Source: a virus. From it: a DNA stretch of 64,000 nt. The position numbers and the translations under genes are program-made. The notes under the pieces are model-generated. The model was not told where the DNA came from. It saw only the letters and a program-made list of their open reading frames with translations, and ran no database searches. Shown here piece after piece: positions 48,269-58,694 of the stretch (position 1 is the first letter of the stretch; every line of letters begins with the position of its first letter). Location of the stretch: UHGV virus genome UHGV-1352483; one strand, written 5' to 3'.

Positions 48269-51166
48269 TTATCTCCTCCTTCTTCCTTTAGTTAATAAAT
48301 ATCCACCATTCTTTCCTTCTTTCTTACCTGTAGATTTAGAATCCTCAGTAGGTTTATTGGTATAAGTTATATTACCCCTACTGTCTACAGTATAATATAA
48401 TCCAGGGTTGGTTTTAATCATATGCCTTGCAAATTCCTCTCTTCCTATATCTCCTAATGAATCAAAGAAGTTGGTGAGGTTAGCACTTCTTGATGCTGAA
48501 ACTCTTGCATCAATTCCTTCTCTCATTTGAGCTCCTGCAAGTGCAGATTGTACCCTGAGTTTATCATTTTCCTTATTAGCCATTTCAGCTTTTAAAGCTC
48601 CCTCAGAGTTGAACTGATTAGTACCTCTGTTAAATCCTTCAACGAGTTGCCTTTGGTTAAGGTTATATTCTTCCGCTTGTCTTGCAAGGTTTCCTAATCC
48701 CTCATTATAATTATAGTCTGCTGCAAGTATTCCAGCTGTAGCTGTAGCCCTGTTACCATTTGATTGGTTTACTACTGCTCTTCTTGTTGCTCCTGCATTT
48801 CCTGCTAACTTATTAAGATAGTAGTTCCTATCCAATGGTTTGTATGTCAAATAATTCCCTACTGGATTAAAACCTACTTCACTAAGATTATCAGTTGAAT
48901 GCTCTATTCTTTCAGCATTACCATAATCAGGTTTTGTCAGACTGGTAATAGCTCCTATTCCAGCTCCTAATACAGGTGCATATCTTAGGGAGTCAAGTCC
49001 AATACCCCAGCCGTCTTTCTTTGATTTAGCAGGTAACTTTATATCAGTATAGGTTTTGTCCATATCTATTGGGTCTCTATCCCTTCTTGCAGCAGCTCTT
49101 GCTTTAGTAGGGCCACCTTCATCAAACCTATTACCACTTTCAGCTTCCCTTATGTCCTCTTGAGCAGCTACAAGCCTAGCCATTCCAGCTGCAAGTCCTC
49201 TCTTACTTATAGGGTCATTTGGTCTTTCCTGAGATTCTTTTTGAACACTCTTTGCTGCATCTGCAAAGGTATTACCTCTTAATTTATATTTCTTTTTCAC
49301 ACTATCTGGTACTGTTAATCTATTACTGAATACATAATCATTGAATACTACTTCCCCTTCTTCTACAAGGTTAGGAGTACCTTGTTCATCTACTCCTATC
49401 TGTACTCCATCATTAGGGTTTTCTTCATGGGTTCCCCCATTATCTATGAAGATTACTCCATTTGAGAAGTCTCCACCATGTGTTCCAATGGCTCCTCCGA
49501 ATGCTTTTTGATTACTCTCATACAGAGTATTCAATCCAGTTATTGGAGGAGTAGGAAATCCCTCTGTAACATTTCTCATTCCCAATCCTGGATAATGCCT
49601 ATAATATTCAAATGCAGAAGATGGTGCTAAATTAGGCTGACCATTTACCAGTGGGGTAGTTCTCACATAGGCTTCCTTAATATCTTTTACATCAGGTCTG
49701 AATCCACCATGTTTAGTTATAGGCATCCATTCCAGACCTGGAGAATTTCCACCAACAATTATATCATATTGGGGGTCTCTCCCATACCATAAATTATCTT
49801 CAGAAAAGAATGGAACATCAAAGTTAGTTTTCCTTTGTAATTGGATACCTTTTTTAGGAGCTTCTGTTATCGTAGGAGGTTTAGTATCAATAACCCCTTT
49901 GCTCTTAGCTCTTTCAATTCCTTTATCAATCTTTCTTACTTGTCTATAGTATTTTCCACTTTCTGTATTTACTTTTCCATTTCCTTTCAGGAAACCTTTT
50001 GGAAGATTATTAAGACCTCTAAGCCCTGTTAATATATCAAACTCAGGACTTACAATCTCTAAAGGTAAATCCTTGTTTAGCATATCACTATTAGCTAAAG
50101 CCATCTGTTGTTCTTGGGTCAAATCAGAATATTTAGTTCCAGCAGGGACTCTTACTCTGTCTTTAGAGGATATGACCCTCTCTATAGGTTCATCAATTGA
50201 AGGAGCATAAGACTGTATGTTATCTCCTTGTATAACATAGTTATCTTCAAGAGGGCCTCCTTCTGCATGGTTCCAACCTCTTGCATTCTGAGCAAATGTA
50301 GCTCTCTTTCTTACAGCAGGAGAAGAACTTCTTTTACCTCTTGCTATACATTCAGAAGTTACCCTACCCCCACAGTATTCTGTAAATTTACCCCTATTGG
50401 CTTTCTTAATATGTATTCCCCCACCTTTGGCAAACCTATTACCAAAAGGAGACATTGTTCCTGTATAATTCATAGATATTGGCCCTCCATATGCTGCATA
50501 GTTAGCTTCTGCATCCCAATTTGATTCTGTACTTAAATTGTCAGCAGACATATTGAAAGCTGATACAGCCCTCATATTAGCATCCTTTATTTGTTTATTA
50601 AGCCTTGAAGCTTTCTTCTTTGCTTTCCTTCTTCCAAACAGATTGCCTATACCTGATGCAAGTCCTCCTATTATGGCTCCTACCCCTGCTCCAATAGGGC
50701 CGAAAGCCATACCAGCAGATGCTCCAGATAAAGCAGCAGTACCAGCTTCTGCTGCTGCCTGTCCTCCACTTTTTCCTCTTACATCCCTGAAACTTACATT
50801 ATCCAATGTACTGAATGAGTTCCATTGATTAAGTAAATCATCTGTAGAATCAGCATCAAATGTTCTGCTTTTCTGCAAATCTATCTTGCCTTCAATAGCA
50901 GAAGTATCAGCTATTTTAGCACTATCAGCAGCTCCCTTTGCTATATTTAAGGCTCCAGAGGCTACCCCTAAGGCATCTCCTACTCCAAAGGAAGACATAC
51001 TGTTTGGTTTTGTAGCTTTGTAAGTACCATCCATTCCTCCTATAGTCAGCCCTTGAGTATTAGTAGGGGCTGTACTCATACCATAAGTAGACTGCCCTAA
51101 TATAGAACCATCAGCATATATATTAACTAATCTGTTATTAATTCTTCTATATTTTTTCTTAGCCAT
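48269..51166 (-). CDS. Gly-rich structural protein (tail/cargo)
   Basis: 965 aa. Glycine-zipper-like tracts (GAIIGGLASGIGNLFGRRKAKKKA). The start codon is preceded by a candidate promoter. Confidence 0.4.
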   Translation of the reverse strand: MAKKKYRRINNRLVNIYADGSILGQSTYGMSTAPTNTQGLTIGGMDGTYKATKPNSMSSFGVGDALGVASGALNIAKGAADSAKIADTSAIEGKIDLQKSRTFDADSTDDLLNQWNSFSTLDNVSFRDVRGKSGGQAAAEAGTAALSGASAGMAFGPIGAGVGAIIGGLASGIGNLFGRRKAKKKASRLNKQIKDANMRAVSAFNMSADNLSTESNWDAEANYAAYGGPISMNYTGTMSPFGNRFAKGGGIHIKKANRGKFTEYCGGRVTSECIARGKRSSSPAVRKRATFAQNARGWNHAEGGPLEDNYVIQGDNIQSYAPSIDEPIERVISSKDRVRVPAGTKYSDLTQEQQMALANSDMLNKDLPLEIVSPEFDILTGLRGLNNLPKGFLKGNGKVNTESGKYYRQVRKIDKGIERAKSKGVIDTKPPTITEAPKKGIQLQRKTNFDVPFFSEDNLWYGRDPQYDIIVGGNSPGLEWMPITKHGGFRPDVKDIKEAYVRTTPLVNGQPNLAPSSAFEYYRHYPGLGMRNVTEGFPTPPITGLNTLYESNQKAFGGAIGTHGGDFSNGVIFIDNGGTHEENPNDGVQIGVDEQGTPNLVEEGEVVFNDYVFSNRLTVPDSVKKKYKLRGNTFADAAKSVQKESQERPNDPISKRGLAAGMARLVAAQEDIREAESGNRFDEGGPTKARAAARRDRDPIDMDKTYTDIKLPAKSKKDGWGIGLDSLRYAPVLGAGIGAITSLTKPDYGNAERIEHSTDNLSEVGFNPVGNYLTYKPLDRNYYLNKLAGNAGATRRAVVNQSNGNRATATAGILAADYNYNEGLGNLARQAEEYNLNQRQLVEGFNRGTNQFNSEGALKAEMANKENDKLRVQSALAGAQMREGIDARVSASRSANLTNFFDSLGDIGREEFARHMIKTNPGLYYTVDSRGNITYTNKPTEDSKSTGKKEGKNGGYLLTKGRRRR

Positions 51167-51183
51167 GTTATATCATTTTGGTT

Positions 51184-51215
51184 ACAAAAGTAACTAATCT
51201 TTTTTACTTATCCAA
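51184..51215 (-). promoter_or_regulatory. candidate Bacteroidetes-type promoter
   Basis: On the - strand, TTTG (-33), a 20-nt spacer, then TACTTTTG (-7 consensus TAnnTTTG). It lies about 18 nt upstream of the ATG at 51166, in the 108-bp gap after the 1488-aa gene. Confidence 0.35.
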
Positions 51216-51274
51216 ACTATTATATAAAAAAGTAGCGGACAGATAAATTATTAATTTACCTACCCGCTATTTCA

Positions 51275-54200
51275 TTATTCAAAGTAATAGACATTCATAT
51301 CATGAAGTACAGTCTTATTGGTATTTGCGGTCTCCATAGATAGCTTAATGTAAGCCCAAGGATTCCTTATTCTATCCCTGTGGTTTTTATCATCCCTAGG
51401 GATATTAGCCCTCCATATCCTAAACTTCTTTTGAATGGTAGAAGGTCTTCCCGATATCATTTGCAGATTAGCTGTTCCTTTCTGATATTCATTCCATACA
51501 GTAAGAGTATCAAAGGTTCTTGTACTAATAAGAGCATCATCAGAGCCCCTATAAGAGTCAGCCCTGAACTCTACTGTATTGAATATCTTATCCAATGGTT
51601 CATCAGGATTAGCTATGACTGTTACAGAGAATGGTTGATACTGATTAAAGTATCTGTTATATTCCCCCTTATTCTGCTGCCATAATTTATATACGTCTTC
51701 CTCTCTATATTGGAAATCTTTCCTGATTGATAATGTTGTATCTCCTAGAGTATTCATATAAGGAACATTCTCATAATTAAAGAATGACATAAACTGCCCT
51801 AAAGGTTCTGAGAATCCTAAACATTCATTAGAACTGGTAAAGAATACATCCCCATTTATTTTATCATAGTGGGTAACAAAGCTCTTGAAATCTGAAGGAT
51901 TCCATATTGCCACTTCCTTAGACCTGCTGTTAATCCAAGAGTGGAATCCAAGCTTATCAGAAAGGTTGGCTACTTCCCCATTGAACAGGTATATACCCTT
52001 AGTTATATCATCAATAAAGTATAAGCCATTTGGTGTTTCACATATAGACCATTTGTTAGTACAGCCTAATTCATTGGTCATATATCTCTTACCATTTACT
52101 TTTCCACTGTTAGCTATTTCAATAGGAACTCCCTCAGCAGAATTTATCTGGGTAACATTGTTATACATTATATTGCTTATTCCCCTGTCCTGAAAAGATA
52201 TAAGTTCATTATTGAATCTCTTGATAGCTCTTACCGGCCCTTTATCCCCATCCATATCCAATGTGGAAGCAAGAGTAATATTAGTCCATGTATCAATGCC
52301 TTCACCCAAAGTTTTGGTCTTAGTCCATGTAACCATATTAGGGAATCTGTTCAGGTTTATAGCACTGTAATCATGTGTTCTATAACTGAAGAAGTTATTC
52401 CTTTGCTGATATACAGGATTAAACAGATTGAAGTTCTGAGGACTCATATTAAGATTACTTGATTGCCCCCTGTTCCTGTCATACCTTGAATCCAAGTTAA
52501 CTCTTGATTCAATCATTGTTGATGTAATATCAACAAGAGTATTCATATCATCCTGACTATTGGCATAGGTTTTAAGACAGTCATATCTTGCAAAATAAGT
52601 ATCTCCTACTCTATAAGTCAAGGATATATCATAACCTGAATCAAGTTCTACTGGTTCCCCACAGACTTCCCATCTGTTATTGGCAACATCGGCTTCTGAT
52701 GTACCTCCAAATCTGGTAGAGGATTGTATATTATCCCTATATAATTCTCCTATCCATATTAAGGCTAAACTGAGTGAACTAGTAGCAGGTTCTTGATAAA
52801 AACTTGCATTAGGCATAGAGTATTGGTTTACTACATACTGCTTAGTAGAATTATAGAATGGAGTAAATAATCCAGTCATAATTTTTCTCTTGGGCACTTT
52901 AAACCCTGCTGGAAGTACAACCTGTTGCCATACTGAACCAGTCCAGTAAGGATTAAAGGATATGACAGCATGAGGGGTAGATTTATATTTCATCTGAACA
53001 GGGTCTTTAGCATATACTCTTTGGTATACAGGGTTCTCTGCTGTACCAGTCTTTATCTCCATCTTCATCCCAATTATACTACTGACAGTCAACTCAATTT
53101 TTTTTGAGTCTTTATCTATTGGGCCTACAAAGGCAACTGGATAATCCATATTTCTATGAATAATAGCTGTTAGATTGTTCTTATTAAAGCATCCATGTGC
53201 TAAATCTGACCCACTCCAGCTTGTAGCTTCTGAAGTATCAGTAGTATATACAGCACCTTCATCAGGGTCTACACTATTCATAGTATATACTGAATCTACA
53301 TTACCCCTATATAATAACTCTTTTTTAGGTAAATCTTCTCTTTTAAGTTTCAATATCTGGTTCTCAGAGTAATTAAAAAGACCAACCTTATTCCCATAAG
53401 GAGGAATCCATTGATTACCGTTCCCAAAGTATTTGAACTTATTACAGAAAACAATCCTTGATGTTTTCTTCTTGTCCAAAGTTGCTGTTCTCTTATCTTC
53501 CCCCTCTGAGGTAGTACAGTCATTTACACTGCCAGTTCTTTGCCAGGGATATATACCAAAAGCTAATAATTTTCCATCAGCTAACTCCTTAGTATATGCT
53601 TCATCAATCCATAAAGCTTGGGTCGCTGGAATAAAAGGGCCATCATTTACCGTAGGAACAGACTTATTCCAGTAAGTATTGACAGGAGGCAGTTTATAGG
53701 CATCAGGCCATTTTCCTGTATTCTTTACAGTAAAGTCAATATCTACTTTATCACTAATAGCTTCTGTATACCCAACTATTCTAAATTTCAAATCAGAAAA
53801 ATCTGCATTGTACAATTCTTCAGAGTTTTCTATATCAGGAGAATGAAATGTAACTACTGAACTATCTACTATGAAATCTTCTCCTATAAGACCTACTAGA
53901 TTAGTAGCTCCTATCTTATTTCCTATAAAGCTATCAGGGCAAGCGGATGATGCATCCAACTTATATAAAGTAGGAGAACATATACCGAATGTTGAAGAAG
54001 TATTAACCTCTGTGGTATATGGTTCCATATAACTAGCTTTATTCTTCCAAGCATCTTCTGTTATATTTATAACAGTATTATTTATTCCACAATTATGTAA
54101 ATATTGATAGGGGGTAAGTCCCATATTGACCAAAGGAGAGTCATAAGGAACGTCACTGAATCTAAAGAACCATGAAGACATAAAGTCGTTTACTCCAGAG

Positions 54201-55741
54201 TATCTATCCTTTATATTATAGACTGTAGGACTGACAATCCCCTGAGCTATAATATTCCTATCTTTTAATTCAGGGTAACAGACAACAGGAACCAAATGAG
54301 TATAACCTGCTTCAAGCATAGCAGATTGGACAGTTTCCCCTACTGTAAGTTGAAAGCCTGGAATGAAAAGGTTGTTACCTTGTAAGGATGGAGCAACAGT
54401 TTCTTCCTTATCTCCTATCCACATGACCTCTGACCTTTCCCCATATTTATTTATGCCAAAGAATCCTAGTCGGTAGACTTCTCCTCTTTTGAATCCCTTT
54501 CTGTTATATCGTACAGGAGCTCCATAAGTCTGAGGTTTATAATCATAGAATATGTTACTGTCAAAATTAAAATCAGTATCACTGAATATACTTATTGCAG
54601 AAATAGTCAATTCATCAGAAGTTGTAACTCCTGTTGCTATTCTACGGCAGAGTTCCTTCATAGTTCCAAGCCCTGTTACTGATACATCCCCAAGCAATCT
54701 TGTTACAAGATTAAAGTTACCTAAGAACAAGGTATTATCCTTCTGGGATATTGCATATGGGGATACCCTTACTCCTCCTACAAATAACAAATTTGTAGGG
54801 TCAACAGACTCTAAGGAGCCCCCAGCATCCGTAATAGTAAATGAGGAGCCCCCAGCAAAACTATCATGTATTAAGTCGGCTGTAGGAGTACCATTCAAAC
54901 TGGTTCTCATTATTCTATATACCCTGCAATACTTGAACTGGGCAGGGAAGTTGGATATGTTAAGGCTATATCCCATACTTATTTTTTCCTCAGGGGAACC
55001 TCCTCTATCTTCAAAGGCTATATACAGTATTTCAGTTGTACCTAGTATATTACTTTCAGAGTCATATTTATTATAGCCAGTAATTACATATTGTACAACT
55101 CCTGATGGAAATTCTCCAGAAACCTTTACAGGCTCTACAGTTACCCTGACAGTCCTTGCAGGTTTAACAAAATCAAACGAATCATTATTCCATCTTGATA
55201 TTGTATCATTATCCGATTCTATATTAATCATTCTAGGTTGGTTTACTCCATCAACCCAGTATATCTTTTTCAGCTCTTCATTCTCGTAAAGGGATAATGT
55301 TTCAATAGGATTGGCTGTAGAGAAGTTCAAATCTCCAGTAAATAAAAGCTTTCCTTTAGCTATATTATTGTCCAGCCATACCCTGTATATTCTATCAAGT
55401 CTGTTATAACCGATAGTTCTGGTATCAAAAGGAGTCATAGATATATCAGGTACATCCTTTTCTACTCCTTCTATATTATCTAAGGTTACATCCCCTGATG
55501 TAAATACAACAAGATTATTATCTACTACTCCAGTACCAATGGGAGTACCTGCAAATCCCCATCCTACATTATTAATGTAGGAATACAGATTACCTTTCTC
55601 ATTGATTGCACTAAGTAAGGTACTCTCATCAGTAGGCATAAACCTTATATTGTGAGCCTCATATGCATATTCAGGATTAAATGCAGAAACACTCAAGTCC
55701 CTTTGCATTCCTTTTAATTTAAAGAGTATATTCTTCTGCAT
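51275..55741 (-). CDS. large tail protein (muzzle/tail-fibre-like)
   Basis: 1488 aa, Asn/Gly/Thr/Ser-rich with beta-rich composition. Largest protein of the tail sub-module, as in crAss-like muzzle proteins. Confidence 0.4.
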   Translation of the reverse strand: MQKNILFKLKGMQRDLSVSAFNPEYAYEAHNIRFMPTDESTLLSAINEKGNLYSYINNVGWGFAGTPIGTGVVDNNLVVFTSGDVTLDNIEGVEKDVPDISMTPFDTRTIGYNRLDRIYRVWLDNNIAKGKLLFTGDLNFSTANPIETLSLYENEELKKIYWVDGVNQPRMINIESDNDTISRWNNDSFDFVKPARTVRVTVEPVKVSGEFPSGVVQYVITGYNKYDSESNILGTTEILYIAFEDRGGSPEEKISMGYSLNISNFPAQFKYCRVYRIMRTSLNGTPTADLIHDSFAGGSSFTITDAGGSLESVDPTNLLFVGGVRVSPYAISQKDNTLFLGNFNLVTRLLGDVSVTGLGTMKELCRRIATGVTTSDELTISAISIFSDTDFNFDSNIFYDYKPQTYGAPVRYNRKGFKRGEVYRLGFFGINKYGERSEVMWIGDKEETVAPSLQGNNLFIPGFQLTVGETVQSAMLEAGYTHLVPVVCYPELKDRNIIAQGIVSPTVYNIKDRYSGVNDFMSSWFFRFSDVPYDSPLVNMGLTPYQYLHNCGINNTVINITEDAWKNKASYMEPYTTEVNTSSTFGICSPTLYKLDASSACPDSFIGNKIGATNLVGLIGEDFIVDSSVVTFHSPDIENSEELYNADFSDLKFRIVGYTEAISDKVDIDFTVKNTGKWPDAYKLPPVNTYWNKSVPTVNDGPFIPATQALWIDEAYTKELADGKLLAFGIYPWQRTGSVNDCTTSEGEDKRTATLDKKKTSRIVFCNKFKYFGNGNQWIPPYGNKVGLFNYSENQILKLKREDLPKKELLYRGNVDSVYTMNSVDPDEGAVYTTDTSEATSWSGSDLAHGCFNKNNLTAIIHRNMDYPVAFVGPIDKDSKKIELTVSSIIGMKMEIKTGTAENPVYQRVYAKDPVQMKYKSTPHAVISFNPYWTGSVWQQVVLPAGFKVPKRKIMTGLFTPFYNSTKQYVVNQYSMPNASFYQEPATSSLSLALIWIGELYRDNIQSSTRFGGTSEADVANNRWEVCGEPVELDSGYDISLTYRVGDTYFARYDCLKTYANSQDDMNTLVDITSTMIESRVNLDSRYDRNRGQSSNLNMSPQNFNLFNPVYQQRNNFFSYRTHDYSAINLNRFPNMVTWTKTKTLGEGIDTWTNITLASTLDMDGDKGPVRAIKRFNNELISFQDRGISNIMYNNVTQINSAEGVPIEIANSGKVNGKRYMTNELGCTNKWSICETPNGLYFIDDITKGIYLFNGEVANLSDKLGFHSWINSRSKEVAIWNPSDFKSFVTHYDKINGDVFFTSSNECLGFSEPLGQFMSFFNYENVPYMNTLGDTTLSIRKDFQYREEDVYKLWQQNKGEYNRYFNQYQPFSVTVIANPDEPLDKIFNTVEFRADSYRGSDDALISTRTFDTLTVWNEYQKGTANLQMISGRPSTIQKKFRIWRANIPRDDKNHRDRIRNPWAYIKLSMETANTNKTVLHDMNVYYFE

Positions 55742-55742
55742 A

Positions 55743-56456
55743 TCAATTAATCTTTAAGTATTCCTTATTACCCAAATCCTTGAACCCTCTCTTGAATTCA
55801 TTAACTCTCGGTATAAGCTGATTCCAAAGTCCTGTTATAGATTCCATTTCAGAAGGAGAAGGTATAGTAAACTCACTCATACATTGTCCTGCTTTCCATG
55901 CATAATCCTGCTGTACATTCTGTAATACAGCTGGTTGTATTTTACCCATATCAAACAATATGGTAAACCATTCCTGCTTAATATAAAGTTCCAATGCTTT
56001 TACAAAGGAACTGTTATCAGGAATAAGTGGGAATCCATCCTCATCTATAGGTACAGCCCTATAGGATATATCCACTGTCCCTTCCTTAAAGGAAGTATAT
56101 ATAAGCCTGCCTTGAGTTTTAAAAGTCTTCTCTCCTCTACTACTATTCCCCTTTGTATGAAAACTGTCAGTAGTATATCTCATACATATATCATCCTTAC
56201 AATCCCTTACCTGTTTAATGGCAATAAGGTCACAGGGCAAAGCTCCTCTGTAATTGCTTATTTCCACAGTCTGTACTTTATCAATGTAAATCTTAGGCAT
56301 TCCCATAGTATGTATGAAATCAATAGTATATTGCACTATTGTCTCGAGTGATAAATCCTGCATTAACGGATGCCTTAACAGCCTGCTTGCAATCTCTCTT
56401 ATGTTAATCCATTGAATATTATTTACCATAGTCTTATCTTTTAATAAGGAAGGCAT
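55743..56456 (-). CDS. structural protein
   Basis: 237-aa ORF in the - strand structural module. Confidence 0.4.
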   Translation of the reverse strand: MPSLLKDKTMVNNIQWINIREIASRLLRHPLMQDLSLETIVQYTIDFIHTMGMPKIYIDKVQTVEISNYRGALPCDLIAIKQVRDCKDDICMRYTTDSFHTKGNSSRGEKTFKTQGRLIYTSFKEGTVDISYRAVPIDEDGFPLIPDNSSFVKALELYIKQEWFTILFDMGKIQPAVLQNVQQDYAWKAGQCMSEFTIPSPSEMESITGLWNQLIPRVNEFKRGFKDLGNKEYLKIN

Positions 56457-57000
56457 CCAAACGTCCTTCCTTTATTCTATCTTTTAGTGCCTTCTTTATG
56501 AAAGTATTAGGTATAAATTCATAAAAGGCTTTATTATTATATTTAGCTACAATCCTGTTATAATAGACTTTAAAGTATTCTTTTTCCTCCATTTTAACAA
56601 GTGTTCTTTCCTTATAGGCTTCCTCATCTTCATACCAGAGTTTTAATGTCCTATCCCAATCAATGGGAACCTTAGCTACTACTTTTCCATTCTTAATCTT
56701 AATTGAAGGAAGGTTCTTTCTTAATTCAATCCTACCCATAGCATATGGTAGAATTATATCTCTCCCATTTATAAGATTCTCAGCAAGAAGGTCATTTATT
56801 CTTCTTATAATGCTATAGAATTCATTCTCCTTTAATGGTCTCCCTATATTGAACCATTTATTCTTTCTGATATACTTGTAGGCATCATATACTCCTAAAG
56901 AGCCTGTTACCTTATAATGTTTATTGCCTCCATACCTTTTCAGAACTTTATCTCTGAATTCCCCCAGGCTTATATTATTCTCCCTTACCTGACCATCCAT
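56434..57000 (-). CDS. structural protein
   Basis: 188 aa, overlaps neighbouring genes. Confidence 0.4.
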   Translation of the reverse strand: MDGQVRENNISLGEFRDKVLKRYGGNKHYKVTGSLGVYDAYKYIRKNKWFNIGRPLKENEFYSIIRRINDLLAENLINGRDIILPYAMGRIELRKNLPSIKIKNGKVVAKVPIDWDRTLKLWYEDEEAYKERTLVKMEEKEYFKVYYNRIVAKYNNKAFYEFIPNTFIKKALKDRIKEGRLDAFLIKR

Positions 57001-57001
57001 A

Positions 57002-57697
57002 TCAGTTAGACTTTCTTAAGGAAAGACCAGACAAATCATCTTCTGCATTATTGTCTGTATCTGACGGAGAATATACAGGAGCAGTAAGTTCCCTTACTAT
57101 GAGTTCTACCAAAGGGGGAATAAGGTTATCTTCAATAGGGAATGTACTATCCAGTATGTCACAGGAATTCTCTTCCTCAGAATGGCATTGTATCTTATAG
57201 GCATCCTTTGCATCCAAGAATACTGCTGTGAACCTCACTGATTCAAGATGCACATATTGAGGGTTCGATGATTTCAGGTAAAGGTAATTATCAGGGCCTA
57301 GAGTAGCATATATAATATTCTGCAAGTATTTATTGTGTCCTACATATCTCATTCTATCCCTTGATATATAGCTTATTTCACCTTGAAAATAATCCTTAGG
57401 ATACACTCTTGGAATGCCTATATGCATTATAAATGGAACCTTTTCTCTACTTCTTAAGTAACATCCTCCTTCACAGGGTTCTCCTGATATAGCTGGAACC
57501 TGAATTAAATCCAAACAAGCCGTCTGATAGTTACTTTCAGGAATTGATTTCTTTATATCCGAGTATCTCTGTTTAAGTAAGAATGGCCTGTACTTATCCA
57601 TAAGAAACATAATATGGTCTTCTGTAAACTTGGCATCATCAGATGTAAGTTTAAGTTCATCCAATACCAGATATACAATTTCTTTATATGTATTCAT
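57002..57697 (-). CDS. structural protein
   Basis: 231-aa ORF. Confidence 0.4.
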   Translation of the reverse strand: MNTYKEIVYLVLDELKLTSDDAKFTEDHIMFLMDKYRPFLLKQRYSDIKKSIPESNYQTACLDLIQVPAISGEPCEGGCYLRSREKVPFIMHIGIPRVYPKDYFQGEISYISRDRMRYVGHNKYLQNIIYATLGPDNYLYLKSSNPQYVHLESVRFTAVFLDAKDAYKIQCHSEEENSCDILDSTFPIEDNLIPPLVELIVRELTAPVYSPSDTDNNAEDDLSGLSLRKSN

Positions 57698-57794
57698 AAA
57701 TTTATTTATTAGTTAATAACTAAAAAGTCCTGCAAATATAAGTATTTAATCTTATATAAGCAAGACTCTTAACATTTTATTAATAAAGTAAGCA

Positions 57795-58094
57795 TCATAC
57801 TACTTCCAAATTATCCTTCATCATTCCTATGAAGTTATTATATGATAATGTATTGGATATATACTCTGGGAATGGTAATAAACAATCTACTCCAAACAAA
57901 CAATAGAGAGCATTGGTGATAGATTTATAGTCCTCCTCAGTTATGAAATCCTTGTAAGTTCCATCAAGTAATTCTTCAATAAAGTATAGTACCAATAGCC
58001 TGTCTACACTCTTATAGCTTTTGTATCCAAGAGCAGCCAGAGTATTAAAGTAGGTTACTATTGAATCATATGAAATATCAGCCAGTTGTCCCAT
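57795..58094 (-). CDS. small structural protein
   Basis: 99-aa ORF overlapping the upstream gene. Confidence 0.35.
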   Translation of the reverse strand: MGQLADISYDSIVTYFNTLAALGYKSYKSVDRLLVLYFIEELLDGTYKDFITEEDYKSITNALYCLFGVDCLLPFPEYISNTLSYNNFIGMMKDNLEVV

Positions 58095-58638
58095 TGCATC
58101 TACATTTTAAAGATTCACCTTCTTCAGTATTACACATAAAGAACTTCTTCCAATATTTAATGGCTTGAGTATAATGAGCTGTCCTGATTGCAAGTTCAAG
58201 AGCTTTTATCCTTAAGATAGACTCTATAAAGTTCTTAGGTATCTCACATGAGCATTCTATCTGTCTGATACTGCACATACTTGTATTATATACCTTACTT
58301 AAATCGACAGCTACTCCTATAGTAGTCTGGTTATTCATACCCTCAGGAGTATCAGCTGATGGAGTTCCTTTTGTTATAACATACACAAAGAACATATTGT
58401 CTTCAACTGTAACTTCAACCAAATCATCAAGTACAAGTTGTACTCTTTTACTATTACCAGTTACAGTTGTTGTATACACAGGATGTCTTGATGGCCTGTT
58501 ATCCACATAAGTCCCTTGGGAATCTACTACCACTTTGTCTATATATACATTCTGGTAATAAGACATATCCTTAACTGATGCATCTATAATCAACCTTTTG
58601 CCATCAGGGGTTATACGTAGTTCATTAAATGTTATCAT
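58078..58638 (-). CDS. structural protein
   Basis: 186 aa. The start is preceded on the - strand by A11 and a terminator. Confidence 0.4.
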   Translation of the reverse strand: MITFNELRITPDGKRLIIDASVKDMSYYQNVYIDKVVVDSQGTYVDNRPSRHPVYTTTVTGNSKRVQLVLDDLVEVTVEDNMFFVYVITKGTPSADTPEGMNNQTTIGVAVDLSKVYNTSMCSIRQIECSCEIPKNFIESILRIKALELAIRTAHYTQAIKYWKKFFMCNTEEGESLKCRCNGTTG

Positions 58639-58656
58639 ATGTTCTTTTTTTTTTTA

Positions 58657-58683
58657 AAGAAAAAAGGGCACAATTAAGTGCCC
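58657..58683 (-). terminator. rho-independent terminator (- strand)
   Basis: On the - strand: hairpin GGGCAC-TTAATT-GTGCCC, then TTTTTTCTTT. It follows the 332-aa gene. Confidence 0.55.
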
Positions 58684-58694
58684 TTTATATTAGA

